DNA of 64,000 bases from Candidatus Saccharimonadales bacterium (GTDB taxonomy: Bacteria > Patescibacteriota > Saccharimonadia > Saccharimonadales > EFPC-124): NCBI GenBank assembly GCA_035280845.1, contig DATEFB010000012.1, forward strand, positions 9,093 to 73,092, read 5' to 3'. Each line of letters starts with the position of its first letter. Position 1 is the first letter of the stretch. Under the pieces are notes generated by a model. It was not told the DNA's origin. It saw only the letters and a list, made by a program, of their open reading frames with translations, and did no database searches. The position numbers and the translations under genes were made by a program. Below are positions 34,031 through 42,859 of the stretch, in pieces.

Positions 34031-34163
34031 ATCTGATAGTATACCGTGGTTCAGATTTGTTTGCGAGCGTAAGCACAATTCAAAAAGCGAGGAGCCGGGA
34101 ACGTGTGCGCAGTGCACACGTTCCCGACAACTCGCTTACAGTGCCCGGGGGCACGAATGCCGG

Positions 34164-34589
34164 TCAGTTCCGCGGCGCGAAGCCCCGGAAGATGTCGGCG
34201 ATCAGCCAGGAGTTGTTGCTGCCGTGGTGGAGCACGAAGCCCCGACCGATGCCGAACAGCACCACCCCGAGAATGGTCCAGCCGACGCTCCACACCCAGG
34301 CGTAGCCCGAGCCGATGGCCCAGGACAGCGCCCCGATGGGGATCGCGGCAGCCAGTGCCAGGCGCGGGAAGTACCCGCCGAGAGCGGCGCCCACCAGGTA
34401 GCCGAAGCTGACGATGGCGAGGCCGAACAGCGCCACACAGGCGCCGACGCCCATACCCCAGGCCGCACTTCCGCTCGCAACGCCCACGATGGGGCCAGCG
34501 AACAGCGCGACCGGCAGGGCGATGACCCAGCCAAACGTGCGTACGCCCGAGCCGTGAAGGTCACGGCTGCGGCGGTATCCGTAGGACAT
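34164..34589 (-). CDS. hypothetical small membrane protein (4 TM), ~68% GC
   Basis: 141 aa, Gly/Ala-rich hydrophobic helices. Confidence 0.5.
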   Translation of the reverse strand: MSYGYRRSRDLHGSGVRTFGWVIALPVALFAGPIVGVASGSAAWGMGVGACVALFGLAIVSFGYLVGAALGGYFPRLALAAAIPIGALSWAIGSGYAWVWSVGWTILGVVLFGIGRGFVLHHGSNNSWLIADIFRGFAPRN

Positions 34590-34598
34590 GTCTGCCTC

Positions 34599-35330
34599 CT
34601 AAAGAGCGGTGGTTGCGCCGGCGCGGTGCTCCGCCTCGGCGAAGATTTCGGCGAGCGGGATGCCCAGCTCCAGGGCGATCATGATGACCAGCCTGGAGGC
34701 GGTGCCGATACCCCGGTCGGGGTCCCGGACCTCGACCGGCTTGTCGGCGTCCTCGGACGGCGTGAGCTGCGTGGCCAGTTCGGCCAGCAGCCGCGCGACG
34801 TGCGGCGACTGCGGCTCCTGCGCGGCGGCGTACACCGTCAGCGCGGAGTGCGCCTCCTGCAGGATCCGGGTAGCCCGGTCCTTCAGCGGCCGGTCGTGTG
34901 CCTTCGCCTCGCGCGCCTTAGCGGCACGCTCTTTGCGAAGGTTCCACTCAGCGACACCGACGACACTCACGAACTCGCAGTTCTCCTCCTTGGCACCGAA
35001 CGCCGAGAAGTGGTAGAGCCGCATGTTGAGGGTCGGCTGCGGCAGCTCGCCGTCCACCACTTCGGAGGACGGGCACACTGCCACGAGGTACCCACCCCAG
35101 TGGAACTCGGCGGCCATCTGCGCGTGAGCGGCGACGACGGTCAGGTCGGGACGCAACGCCTCCACCTCTTCGCGGAGGAGCTGCACGAATGCCTCTCCTG
35201 CCCCGTTGTTGGCGGCGTCGTTGGTCATCCCATGCCAGTCCGCCATGACGGCGACCGACTTGGGCTCACCACCCGTGGCGACCGCAGCAAAACGAGCAGC
35301 GGCGGCACGGTACTTACTGGCGTCGAACAT
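34599..35330 (-). CDS. hypothetical protein with C-terminal HTH-like segment, high GC
   Basis: 243 aa; C-terminus RGIGTASRLVIMIALELGIPLAEIF resembles a helix-turn-helix. Confidence 0.45.
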   Translation of the reverse strand: MFDASKYRAAAARFAAVATGGEPKSVAVMADWHGMTNDAANNGAGEAFVQLLREEVEALRPDLTVVAAHAQMAAEFHWGGYLVAVCPSSEVVDGELPQPTLNMRLYHFSAFGAKEENCEFVSVVGVAEWNLRKERAAKAREAKAHDRPLKDRATRILQEAHSALTVYAAAQEPQSPHVARLLAELATQLTPSEDADKPVEVRDPDRGIGTASRLVIMIALELGIPLAEIFAEAEHRAGATTAL

Positions 35331-35393
35331 CTAGACCTCCGTGGTCAGACAACGAATAAACCAATGATATTATACAACAAAAGTAAAAATATA

Positions 35394-36716
35394 CTAGACT
35401 ATATCGTCATCTTGGTGACGATAGTCCTTAATGGTGCTGACAGCACGGCTGAACGATAGCTTGTGTTCTTTTTCCTGAGCGACATCCTTAAGAGTGTATG
35501 TTTCTTCATCGAGCTCTTTCTGTCCAACAAACAACAGGAATGGGACGCCTTTTTTAATCGCCGTCTTAATCTGTTTGTCGATTTTGCGCCCAGTAATATC
35601 CAGTTCAGTATTCACCCCTTGGTTGCGAAGGCGGTCGGCAAGCTTTTGCGCGCCTTTTAGCGCATCGCCGAGCACTACAATGTACACTTCGGTGTTGGTG
35701 CGCAAGCCCGGAATGAGCTTGTGCGTCTCCAAAAAATCTGCAAATGTAACGTCGCCAATGGCAAATCCGGCAGTCGGCACCGGCTCTACACCGAACAGGC
35801 CAACCAAACCATCATAGCGGCCGCCGCCAAATAGTGAACGGGCGTTCATGGGGTTAGTGTCAAACACCTCGAACACGATGTCAGTGTAATAATCGAGGCC
35901 CCGCATAAGGCCAATGTCAAAGGTGACGCTTTTTACGCCATGTTCGCGGAGCAACGTGAACAGCATCTGCACTTCGCGGATCGCGGTCGATTCCAGTATT
36001 TGCTTTGGCAGGTCACCCATGCTTTTAGCAGCAAACAGCGTGCCAATCTTCTTAAGACCTTCCTGTACTTTAGGGCGGTCAAAGATCTCGGAAGCCTGGT
36101 CTATAAATTCGGCAGGCGAAACCTTATCTTTACGGTCAAACAGCTTCATCATGAGTTGCGACTGCACAACATCGAGCTCTAAATATTCGGCCATCATAAA
36201 GTTCACCAGGCTGCGGCTGTTGATTTTAATGGTGTACATTTTATCGGTGGCGCCAAACTGCTTCATGATCTGGTCGGCCATGGTAATAAGCTCGACTTCG
36301 GCATCTATGGTTTGCACGCCAAAAATATCGACGTTCAGTTGCCAGAACTCGCGCAACCGGCCGCGTTGTGGACGCTGGTAGCGCATAAAGTTCGCCACCG
36401 AATACCAGCGCACGGGGTACGGCAGTTCCTGCCGACGACCAGCGACCAACCGGCTGACGCTTGGCGTCATCTCTGGACGGATCATTACCTGGCGGTTACC
36501 GCGGTCAACAAATAAATAACTTTCGTCGTTCACCAGCTCCTGGCCACTTTTTGCGGCGTATAACTCGAGAGGTTCGAGCATTGGCGTCATATATTCTTCG
36601 TACCCGTAACGCTCCGCCATTTTGCGCCATACGCTGAAAATGTGGTTTTGCACGCGCATATCTTCCGGATAGAAGTCGCGTGAGCCTTTATACGGTTGTG
36701 TTGTGAGCATTGCCAT
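35394..36716 (-). CDS. hisS: histidine--tRNA ligase
   Basis: 440 aa; class II motifs (RDFYPEDM, FRYERPQ-like MRYQRPQRGRLREFWQ, GGGRYDGL) and anticodon-binding domain. Confidence 0.93.
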   Translation of the reverse strand: MAMLTTQPYKGSRDFYPEDMRVQNHIFSVWRKMAERYGYEEYMTPMLEPLELYAAKSGQELVNDESYLFVDRGNRQVMIRPEMTPSVSRLVAGRRQELPYPVRWYSVANFMRYQRPQRGRLREFWQLNVDIFGVQTIDAEVELITMADQIMKQFGATDKMYTIKINSRSLVNFMMAEYLELDVVQSQLMMKLFDRKDKVSPAEFIDQASEIFDRPKVQEGLKKIGTLFAAKSMGDLPKQILESTAIREVQMLFTLLREHGVKSVTFDIGLMRGLDYYTDIVFEVFDTNPMNARSLFGGGRYDGLVGLFGVEPVPTAGFAIGDVTFADFLETHKLIPGLRTNTEVYIVVLGDALKGAQKLADRLRNQGVNTELDITGRKIDKQIKTAIKKGVPFLLFVGQKELDEETYTLKDVAQEKEHKLSFSRAVSTIKDYRHQDDDIV

Positions 36717-36734
36717 AAGAATTATCCTGCTTAG

Positions 36735-36743
36735 ATTGTATCA
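36735..36743 (-). promoter_or_regulatory. extended -10 promoter (TGaTACAAT) for hisS
   Basis: plus-strand attgtatca at 36735-36743; ~20 nt upstream of hisS ATG, directly after a terminator hairpin. Confidence 0.4.
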
Positions 36744-36750
36744 GATATAT

Positions 36751-36771
36751 AAAAAGCCGGGGCAAACCGGC
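36751..36771 (-). terminator. terminator hairpin (GCCGG ggcaaa CCGGC + T5 on minus strand) after the 265 aa hypothetical gene
   Basis: GC stem with A5 on plus strand = T-run on minus. Confidence 0.45.
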
Positions 36772-36892
36772 GAGCTGATACGTTGAGGTACGCAAAACTA
36801 ACCGATGTGCGCCGGCAAGATATGCTGATGATGCAGGTTTGCGTACTTCATACCGTGGTAAAGCGTACCACGGGCGCGCCGAGGATGCAATT

Positions 36893-37690
36893 TCAGGTCA
36901 GCCGGTCCATGCTGACGACGTGCAGTGCCTGCTCGTGGGTTGGGATCATCTGGCTGCCGATGCGGGAATCCAATCGTTCGTGAAGCTGCTGGCGCGTCGT
37001 TTCGTCTATCCCACATTCCGCCAGCGTCAGGCCAGCCTGGTACAAACCAGTCAGTAACTTACCGTCACGCTCAACGTCCAGATAGCCGCCACCAAACGCG
37101 TTCTTGCGCAGAGACTTAAATTGAATACCTCTTACATAATCGGCGATTTCGTCTGGGCCAACCAGTAGCCTATCCATGACCACCAGCGGTGGTGCGGCGC
37201 GTTCGTCGTTCAGGTCCAGTCGCGAACTGCTGTGCCCTGGGTCGAGCAACATGTGGCCAAGGTGAATGCGTGCCTGCCGTGGGTCATCGGGAAGTTGCGC
37301 AAACGGCACATCCATGGCAAATCTTACACCGAATTCACGGTCGACAGTCATGCCGAGTGGACCATCGATCATGCCGCCGGTGGCACCATGCACAGTAACT
37401 GCCAAGGCTGTCACGCCAGTTTGGGCACGAGTCACAACATCATCCATGTATGCCATTCGTGCTTGCCTCTCTTGCCTGCCCGCGCCCACGCCATGGGTTA
37501 CATACATAGCGAGCCTCAGCGCGTCTCCAGGAGTCAGGTCGCCGCGATCAAACAAATCGGCTACGTGTTTTTTTCGTTCATCCAATGCCAGGTACGGGTC
37601 TTCCTGGCTTGGCCTCAGGGCATCGATGTCGGAAATATGACGATCCAAAATACGTTCACTGTAACCCAGCTCTTCTTTCACTGCAGTCAT
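36893..37690 (-). CDS. hypothetical protein (265 aa)
   Basis: ORF only; ~58% GC; no recognisable motif. Confidence 0.45.
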   Translation of the reverse strand: MTAVKEELGYSERILDRHISDIDALRPSQEDPYLALDERKKHVADLFDRGDLTPGDALRLAMYVTHGVGAGRQERQARMAYMDDVVTRAQTGVTALAVTVHGATGGMIDGPLGMTVDREFGVRFAMDVPFAQLPDDPRQARIHLGHMLLDPGHSSSRLDLNDERAAPPLVVMDRLLVGPDEIADYVRGIQFKSLRKNAFGGGYLDVERDGKLLTGLYQAGLTLAECGIDETTRQQLHERLDSRIGSQMIPTHEQALHVVSMDRLT

Positions 37691-37776
37691 GCGGCAACTC
37701 CTCTAATATAGAACCCAATTGTAGTTTGAGTTAACCACAAACACAATACGTGTGTAGGTCGAAAAATCGGTTGACT

Positions 37777-38481
37777 TTACCGCTGTTTGCCTGCTGCGGC
37801 TTCGTCGAGCAACCAGACAACCGCACCGCCAGCTTCGTCAACCATAGTAGCGGCCCTGGCCACAGGAAGCGTCGAGCCTTTCGCCAATGCATCAGCCACG
37901 GTAGTCGCCTTGCCCGTCCCCGCGACTAGGATTAGGCAGACGCCGGCTTTCTTGAGCGCCTCAAAAGTGAGCGTTATGCGCTGCGCCGGCGGTTTAGGCG
38001 AATCGTGCACCGCGCACACCAGCCGGACATCAGGCACTCCGTGTCCCGGGAAAAGCGAGAGGGTGTGGCCATCCTCGCCCATGCCAAGCCATACCACATC
38101 AAAACGGGCAATTTGGAATACGGCTTGTTCGTAGGCATCGGCTGCAGCGTCCGGCCCAAGCTCGACAGGCGGTACCAGGCGGTTTTCGTCGGCAATCCCA
38201 AGTGCGTCAAGGAAACCCTGTATTTGCCCCCAGTTAGAATCTGGGTGCGTAAGCGGCACGCAGCGTTCATCACCCATAAGGACAGTAACCTTGCTCCAGT
38301 CGAGCGCGTTTGCGTATGTTTTAGCGAGTATGTCGTAGGCTGCCATTGGCGAAGTTCCGCCAGCCAGCACCCATGTGGCTTCGCCGCGGGACCGCACAGC
38401 GTCGCCCAAGGCTTCGGCAGTGCGCCGGGCAGCCTCTTCGGCCACCAGGTGAGGTGAGGCAACAATCGTTGTATGTATCAT
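37777..38481 (-). CDS. pgl: 6-phosphogluconolactonase
   Basis: 234 aa; VLAGGTSP, DERCVP, GMGEDGHTLSLFPGH motifs of the Pgl/NagB family; no zwf nearby. Confidence 0.82.
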   Translation of the reverse strand: MIHTTIVASPHLVAEEAARRTAEALGDAVRSRGEATWVLAGGTSPMAAYDILAKTYANALDWSKVTVLMGDERCVPLTHPDSNWGQIQGFLDALGIADENRLVPPVELGPDAAADAYEQAVFQIARFDVVWLGMGEDGHTLSLFPGHGVPDVRLVCAVHDSPKPPAQRITLTFEALKKAGVCLILVAGTGKATTVADALAKGSTLPVARAATMVDEAGGAVVWLLDEAAAGKQR

Positions 38482-38534
38482 GTCTTAACAGTATCAATAG
38501 GGATGAAACATAAAAAGCGCCAAAAGGCGGATCT

Positions 38535-38564
38535 GTGGACCCCGGGTGTCACGCCGGGGTCCAC
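38535..38564 (-). terminator. 11 bp inverted repeat GTGGACCCCGG...CCGGGGTCCAC after the TIR-like gene
   Basis: perfect 11 bp arms, 8 nt loop, followed on minus strand by T-rich tract. Confidence 0.5.
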
Positions 38565-38573
38565 AATTGGCCG

Positions 38574-39011
38574 TTACGACTGCGGAAAAGGCGGTCTGGA
38601 GACCCGGTGGGGCTCGGGCTGGCCAAGGCCTGCGCGCACAATACGCTCCAGCCAAGCCAGGTCGGCAGCCTCGTCCTGCCCGTAGATCTCGCCCATCATG
38701 ATGCCGGCGAGCAGAGCTGCTGACGTACAGGGCTCCACCTTGACGGGCAGAAGCTTTTCGCGGCCACCGAGGAATCGGATTTCCGCGTAGCCCAGCCCGA
38801 GGTCACGCATTGAAGCTTCGCTCAGAAGCACCAGCGAGAACTCGGTGTCGAGCATGCCACGGCCGAATGCCGCATAGATGCTGCCGCCCGGCACGTAGTC
38901 TGACACGACAACCTCGAAGCCCTTGTCCGCGAGCCGGGCTGCGATCCACGTGGCCATAGCTACATCATTGCCGCGCGCCAGGTGGATGATGCCAACCTTA
39001 CGCTTTGTCAT
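38574..39011 (-). CDS. TIR-like domain protein (standalone, 145 aa), ~65% GC
   Basis: flavodoxin-like pattern matching TIR secondary structure: VGIIHLARGND (betaA), AMATWIAARLADKGFEVVV (alphaA), SDYVPGGSIYAAFGRGMLDTEFSLVLLSEASM, LLPVKVEP. Confidence 0.45.
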   Translation of the reverse strand: MTKRKVGIIHLARGNDVAMATWIAARLADKGFEVVVSDYVPGGSIYAAFGRGMLDTEFSLVLLSEASMRDLGLGYAEIRFLGGREKLLPVKVEPCTSAALLAGIMMGEIYGQDEAADLAWLERIVRAGLGQPEPHRVSRPPFPQS

Positions 39012-39150
39012 GCTAATCCTCTCAGTAAACGGCGTGGCAAAATTATATAATCTTTCAAGATTTTATACAAAAACATTCTTCGTTATTTGCGCCTATTGTC
39101 TTCCCATGTTTTAATTTGTTAGTTCGCCGACCACAACGCAGGAGGTACCA

Positions 39151-39861
39151 TTGCAACGACAATGCGCAACCTTGAACGTACTCGCCGACGCCTACCTGGG
39201 CTATGGCAGCTACGACTCAGCACCGGAGCTTCTGGTGCCGGGCGCACGCACACCGCATCTGGTACGGCTCATCAACGGCCTAGGGGCCGACATTGTGGGC
39301 CTGCAGGAGGCCGAGCCGACTCTGGTGGCCGCGCTCAGCATGGCCGGCGATTGGCAGGTCTTCTGGTCACAGAAGCAAAACAACAAACCGGACGGCTGTC
39401 TGACTCTGGTGCGGCGAGGCATTACCGCCATGGGCTTCACCACCCACGGCTATGCCGATGGCACCGGACACATCCTGCAAATGGTGACTGTCGAGGGTGT
39501 CGTCTTTGCCAACACGCACATCAAGTGGGCCCCGGCAGACAGCCCGGACCACGTTGGCGTAGGACAGACAAGGGCAATGCTCGACCACCTGGGGTCTACA
39601 CGCCCAGCGGTCATCTTCGCAGATTGCAACGACCGCCCAGGTGGACCGGTTCGGGCGCTAGTGCAGGCCGCAGGCTTCACCAACGTCAGTGGCGATGACC
39701 CGACAGCACTCATCGGGGAGGAGCGGGCGCCGATCGACTTGCTCGCCTACCGTGGGGTTCGCGCCACGCGAATCGACCTGCAGTTCAAGCCCGACGACAT
39801 CCCCTCGACCGAATGCCCATCGGACCACATTCCGGTGATGGCGACCATCGAGACCGAGTAA
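39151..39861 (+). CDS. endonuclease/exonuclease/phosphatase (EEP) family protein, TTG start, high GC
   Basis: 236 aa; LNVL...DIVGLQE...SDHIPV motifs of EEP fold; SD GGAGG 5 nt before TTG 39151. Confidence 0.7.
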   Translation: MQRQCATLNVLADAYLGYGSYDSAPELLVPGARTPHLVRLINGLGADIVGLQEAEPTLVAALSMAGDWQVFWSQKQNNKPDGCLTLVRRGITAMGFTTHGYADGTGHILQMVTVEGVVFANTHIKWAPADSPDHVGVGQTRAMLDHLGSTRPAVIFADCNDRPGGPVRALVQAAGFTNVSGDDPTALIGEERAPIDLLAYRGVRATRIDLQFKPDDIPSTECPSDHIPVMATIETE

Positions 39862-39964
39862 CACCGGCGGCGAGGGATAGGCATCGATGACCTATCCCTC
39901 TGCGGCTCCTGAACGGAGCCGCTTTTCAAATGAACGAATCTTGTATCTCCGCGCCGCGACAGCC

Positions 39965-40426
39965 TTATACCAGTCGCGCCAGCCGATCCATCATAGCCAC
40001 AACCGAGTCTTCATTCATTCCAGACTCCATCATAGCCTGACGTTCCTCGACAGATTGAAAGATCATCTGATCGGTCAATCTCGTCTTGCCACCAGAGAGT
40101 TCCTCGAAGGTCACCGTGTGGAGCATCACGCTCGGCACCGCCTCGAAAGCCCACGTGCCCACAAGCAACTCGCCTTTTACAACTTTGTGGTAGACGCCAC
40201 GAAACAAATACTCATCGCCGCCAACCGTATTAATAAAGCGCCATTGACCCCCTTCGCGCACGTCCATTACCTCAACGTTTAGCGGGCTACTTGGATCGAT
40301 CCACCACTTGGGGATTAATGTGGGATCTGTATATGCTGCAAACACTCTGCTCGCTGGCGCATCAAAAATATAGGTAGAGAGCATGACAAGAGAATCTGGC
40401 TCAGCAGTAAATGTATGGTGTGACAT
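39965..40426 (-). CDS. SRPBCC superfamily protein (AHSA1/Aha1-like)
   Basis: 153 aa; FDAPASRVFAAYTDPTLIPKWW...GGQWRF pattern typical of activator-of-Hsp90-ATPase-like SRPBCC proteins. Confidence 0.65.
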   Translation of the reverse strand: MSHHTFTAEPDSLVMLSTYIFDAPASRVFAAYTDPTLIPKWWIDPSSPLNVEVMDVREGGQWRFINTVGGDEYLFRGVYHKVVKGELLVGTWAFEAVPSVMLHTVTFEELSGGKTRLTDQMIFQSVEERQAMMESGMNEDSVVAMMDRLARLV

Positions 40427-40440
40427 TAAAATATATTCCT

Positions 40441-41061
40441 TTAGTTAGGCTTGTATGTAAGAAGCAGGAGGCCGTTGTTGAGTGCCCGAGTTTCGACTAA
40501 TCCCAGCGTCTTCTGATCTAGCCCTTCATTAAAAAGCCGCTTGCCTTCACCGAGAATAATCGGGTGAAGCTGCAGCCGATATTCATCGACAAGATCATTC
40601 TGAATAAGCGTTTGCACCAATTGAGCGCTGCCATTCACTAGAATAGGGCCGCCGGCTGATTGTTTGAGCTTTTTGAGCCCTGCGACAACGTCGTGCTTAA
40701 TCTGGGTTGTATTATTCCAGATCAAATCTTCATCTGTAAGCGTAGACGAAACGACATACTTCTTCATACTGTTTATTTGATCAGAGAACGCTCCCATATT
40801 AGCCGTGGGCCAAAATTCGGCAAACGCTTGGTACGTAACTCGCCCTAAAAGCAGCGCATCCGCAGCCAACAGCTCATCAACTTTGTACTGACCAGCTTCT
40901 TCATTCATGAAGGGCAGGTTCCAGCCACCGCGGGGGATTTCCTTGCTACCACCTGGGTCTTGCATAACACCGTCAAGGGTAATAAATTCGGATACAATAA
41001 TCTTTCGCATAGAGACCACTGTAGCGTACAACGGACGCCCCGTCTTGAATGAAAACGACAT
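40441..41061 (-). CDS. dihydrofolate reductase family protein (RibD C-terminal domain type)
   Basis: 206 aa; MRKIIVSEFITLDGVMQDPGG...GSAQLVQTL...DEYRLQLHPIILGEGKRLF. Confidence 0.75.
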   Translation of the reverse strand: MSFSFKTGRPLYATVVSMRKIIVSEFITLDGVMQDPGGSKEIPRGGWNLPFMNEEAGQYKVDELLAADALLLGRVTYQAFAEFWPTANMGAFSDQINSMKKYVVSSTLTDEDLIWNNTTQIKHDVVAGLKKLKQSAGGPILVNGSAQLVQTLIQNDLVDEYRLQLHPIILGEGKRLFNEGLDQKTLGLVETRALNNGLLLLTYKPN

Positions 41062-41807
41062 TACTGTTTGGAGTTTTTGGCCTGAATTTGGGCCGGCGTA
41101 AGCCCAAGAAAGTGTTTCAACGATCGGTTAAGGTGCGACTGGTCAGCATAGCCTGCCTCTATCGCCACAGTATCAATTGACATGCCCTTCGCCAAAAGGT
41201 TGGCGGCATAATGCGCCTGCTCTATGCGCTTTAGGGTACGCTTGGGTAGTCCAACGGTCTGCAGAAAATGACGCTGCACCGTGCGCTGAGTGCCCTCTAG
41301 GGATTCCCCTTTTAGCGTATTCTCTACGACCGAATCATGGACCAGTAGCCCCTCTCTCACTAACCGAGCCACAAACGACTCGGCATTATTAAAGGTCGGA
41401 AAGTGCCAGAGTTCTCCGTTGAGCCGAAACGTTGCGGGTGTTACCGATGGGAGCTCCCGGTCCCTCAGGTCATACAATTCGTGAGGAGGGAAATAAGGCA
41501 TATAGACGCCGGGCTTGAACACAATACCAACAAACTCAGCGTTGGCAGGACAGGTCATTTCTGTCGCTTTTGTTTCTGGCCCACGGAGAGTAAGTGTTGT
41601 TTTGCCATCAATCCTCGACACGACCAGTTCCCAATAACTGTTTGCTACCGAGGTAAAGATACTCTCGTGCAAGCTGCGGGCCCGCCATACTTTTTGGATA
41701 TATGGCGAATCCGACGGCCTCTCTTCAAGAGTAAACTGCTGAGCCACTATTGACGCCCCTTCGACATAGCGCGATTGTATCAAAACCGGCGCGCCAATGC
41801 GACCCAA
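41061..41807 (-). CDS. AraC family transcriptional regulator
   Basis: 248 aa; C-terminal double HTH (QRHFLQTVGLPKRTLKRIEQAHYAANLL...AIEAGYADQSHLNRSLKHFLGLTPAQ). Confidence 0.8.
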   Translation of the reverse strand: MGRIGAPVLIQSRYVEGASIVAQQFTLEERPSDSPYIQKVWRARSLHESIFTSVANSYWELVVSRIDGKTTLTLRGPETKATEMTCPANAEFVGIVFKPGVYMPYFPPHELYDLRDRELPSVTPATFRLNGELWHFPTFNNAESFVARLVREGLLVHDSVVENTLKGESLEGTQRTVQRHFLQTVGLPKRTLKRIEQAHYAANLLAKGMSIDTVAIEAGYADQSHLNRSLKHFLGLTPAQIQAKNSKQ

Positions 41808-41834
41808 GGCTAAAAAGGCAGAAGCAACAACAAA

Positions 41835-41868
41835 GTAAAAGACCTCAGGCGTAACTGAGGTCTTTTAC
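41835..41868 (-). terminator. terminator hairpin (AAAAGACCTCAG gcgtaa CTGAGGTCTTTT) immediately 3' of tRNA-Leu
   Basis: 12 bp perfect stem followed by T-rich tract on minus strand. Confidence 0.6.
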
Positions 41869-41869
41869 T

Positions 41870-41953
41870 TGGTGCGCGAGAGAGGACTTGAACCTCCACG
41901 CCCGAAGGCACATGCTCCTAAGGCATGCGTGTCTACCATTCCACCACTCGCGC
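41870..41953 (-). tRNA. tRNA-Leu (anticodon UAG), 84 nt with long variable arm and encoded CCA
   Basis: rev-comp GCGCGAGTGGTGGAATGGTAGACACGCATGCCTTAGGAGCATGTGCCTTCGGGCGTGGAGGTTCAAGTCCTCTCTCGCGCACCA; 7 bp acceptor stem, anticodon stem CATGC/GCATG with loop CTTAGGA (TAG, G37), T-loop TTCAAGT; closely parallels E. coli tRNA-Leu architecture. Confidence 0.9.
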
Positions 41954-41973
41954 AGAATGTGGGTGCAGGTGCG

Positions 41974-42002
41974 ATTATATCGAAAATGACAGATGTTGTA
42001 CA
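41974..42002 (-). promoter_or_regulatory. promoter for tRNA-Leu: -35 TGTACA, 17 bp, -10 TATAAT
   Basis: plus-strand attata 41974-41979 and tgtaca 41997-42002; ~20 nt upstream of tRNA 5' end. Confidence 0.5.
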
Positions 42003-42042
42003 TGGGGTGGGCCCGAGACCTCGCGGCCTCGGGCAGCACCAT

Positions 42043-42801
42043 TCAGTTGTGGACGCCGTTCAGTAGCACAGCACCTTGTTCGGCCGTGTATCCGGCGTGG
42101 GCCAGCGCGGCTCGGGCGTTAGCGTAGTCGCGCGATTCGGGATCACGGCCCGCGAGCTTCTTCTTGAGGCACGCGGCAATGTCTTCATCGCCAATATGTG
42201 CCTGTGTCCTGGACTCGAATCCCGCGCCAGTGTGCTGCGCCAGGTCCTCGATCGGGATATTACAGACCTCTTTATGGCCGTCGGCCACAAGGGGCACCAC
42301 AATACAGAAGAGGTGCGTGACCAGATCGATCCGCGGCGGCCCTGTGGTACGGGCGCCAAACCACAGTCCGTGCTGCAGCAGCCGTGCGTATCCGTGGCAC
42401 AGGAACGGCTCGTCGTCGAGAGTCCGCAGGAGCCGCCGACCCTCACGCAGAGCAGTGAGGATGGCTGGATTACCGGCCCCGAACACCACCTCGACCGCTA
42501 TTGCCAGCTTCTGGCTGGTGGGCACTTCGCCGATGTTGCAGAGTTCGTTGACTCTCTTGTACGCCGTTTGCTTGAGACGGTGGTGGTCGGCCGGGTGCTG
42601 CTGGTTGAGCCCGTACAGTTCACCACGACGCGCGCGAAGGCGTGTAATCGTGTCGTCTATCTCCTCCATCTCGGTGCGGTATGCAAGGCCAATGGCTGCC
42701 GAGGCACTTACCTCGGCGGCGGCTGCAGCTACAGTCTCGTCCAACAGGGCGAGCGCAGAAGCGCGTTCGGCACGAATTGCCTCCATAGCTCGTCTGGGCA
42801 T
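42043..42801 (-). CDS. hypothetical protein (252 aa), ~66% GC
   Basis: minus-strand ORF with SD AGGGGAGA 4 nt before ATG; overlapping plus-strand ORFs judged GC-driven artefacts. Confidence 0.5.
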   Translation of the reverse strand: MPRRAMEAIRAERASALALLDETVAAAAAEVSASAAIGLAYRTEMEEIDDTITRLRARRGELYGLNQQHPADHHRLKQTAYKRVNELCNIGEVPTSQKLAIAVEVVFGAGNPAILTALREGRRLLRTLDDEPFLCHGYARLLQHGLWFGARTTGPPRIDLVTHLFCIVVPLVADGHKEVCNIPIEDLAQHTGAGFESRTQAHIGDEDIAACLKKKLAGRDPESRDYANARAALAHAGYTAEQGAVLLNGVHN

Positions 42802-42859
42802 AGTCTCCCCTAACTGTTTGGCACTAAAACAAGAGTAAAATAAATAACCAAAAAGTCAA

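Noticed and set aside
34028-34117. N-terminal 29 aa extension of the trigger factor ORF (MHCAHVPGSSLFELCLRS...)
   Set aside because: Non-conserved, Cys/His-rich. The canonical trigger factor start MKHVIKKP follows a -10-like box, so the shorter start is preferred.
39162-39698. 178 aa plus-strand ORF in an alternative frame of the EEP gene (Arg/Gly/Pro-rich)
   Set aside because: Alternative-frame artefact of a high-GC gene. The 39151..39861 frame carries the EEP motifs.
42076-42838. Two overlapping plus-strand ORFs (245 and 224 aa) in the 42.04-42.8 kb GC-rich region
   Set aside because: GC richness opens all frames. The minus-strand ORF 42043..42801 has a proper SD (AGGGGAGA) and matches the orientation of the surrounding transcription unit.
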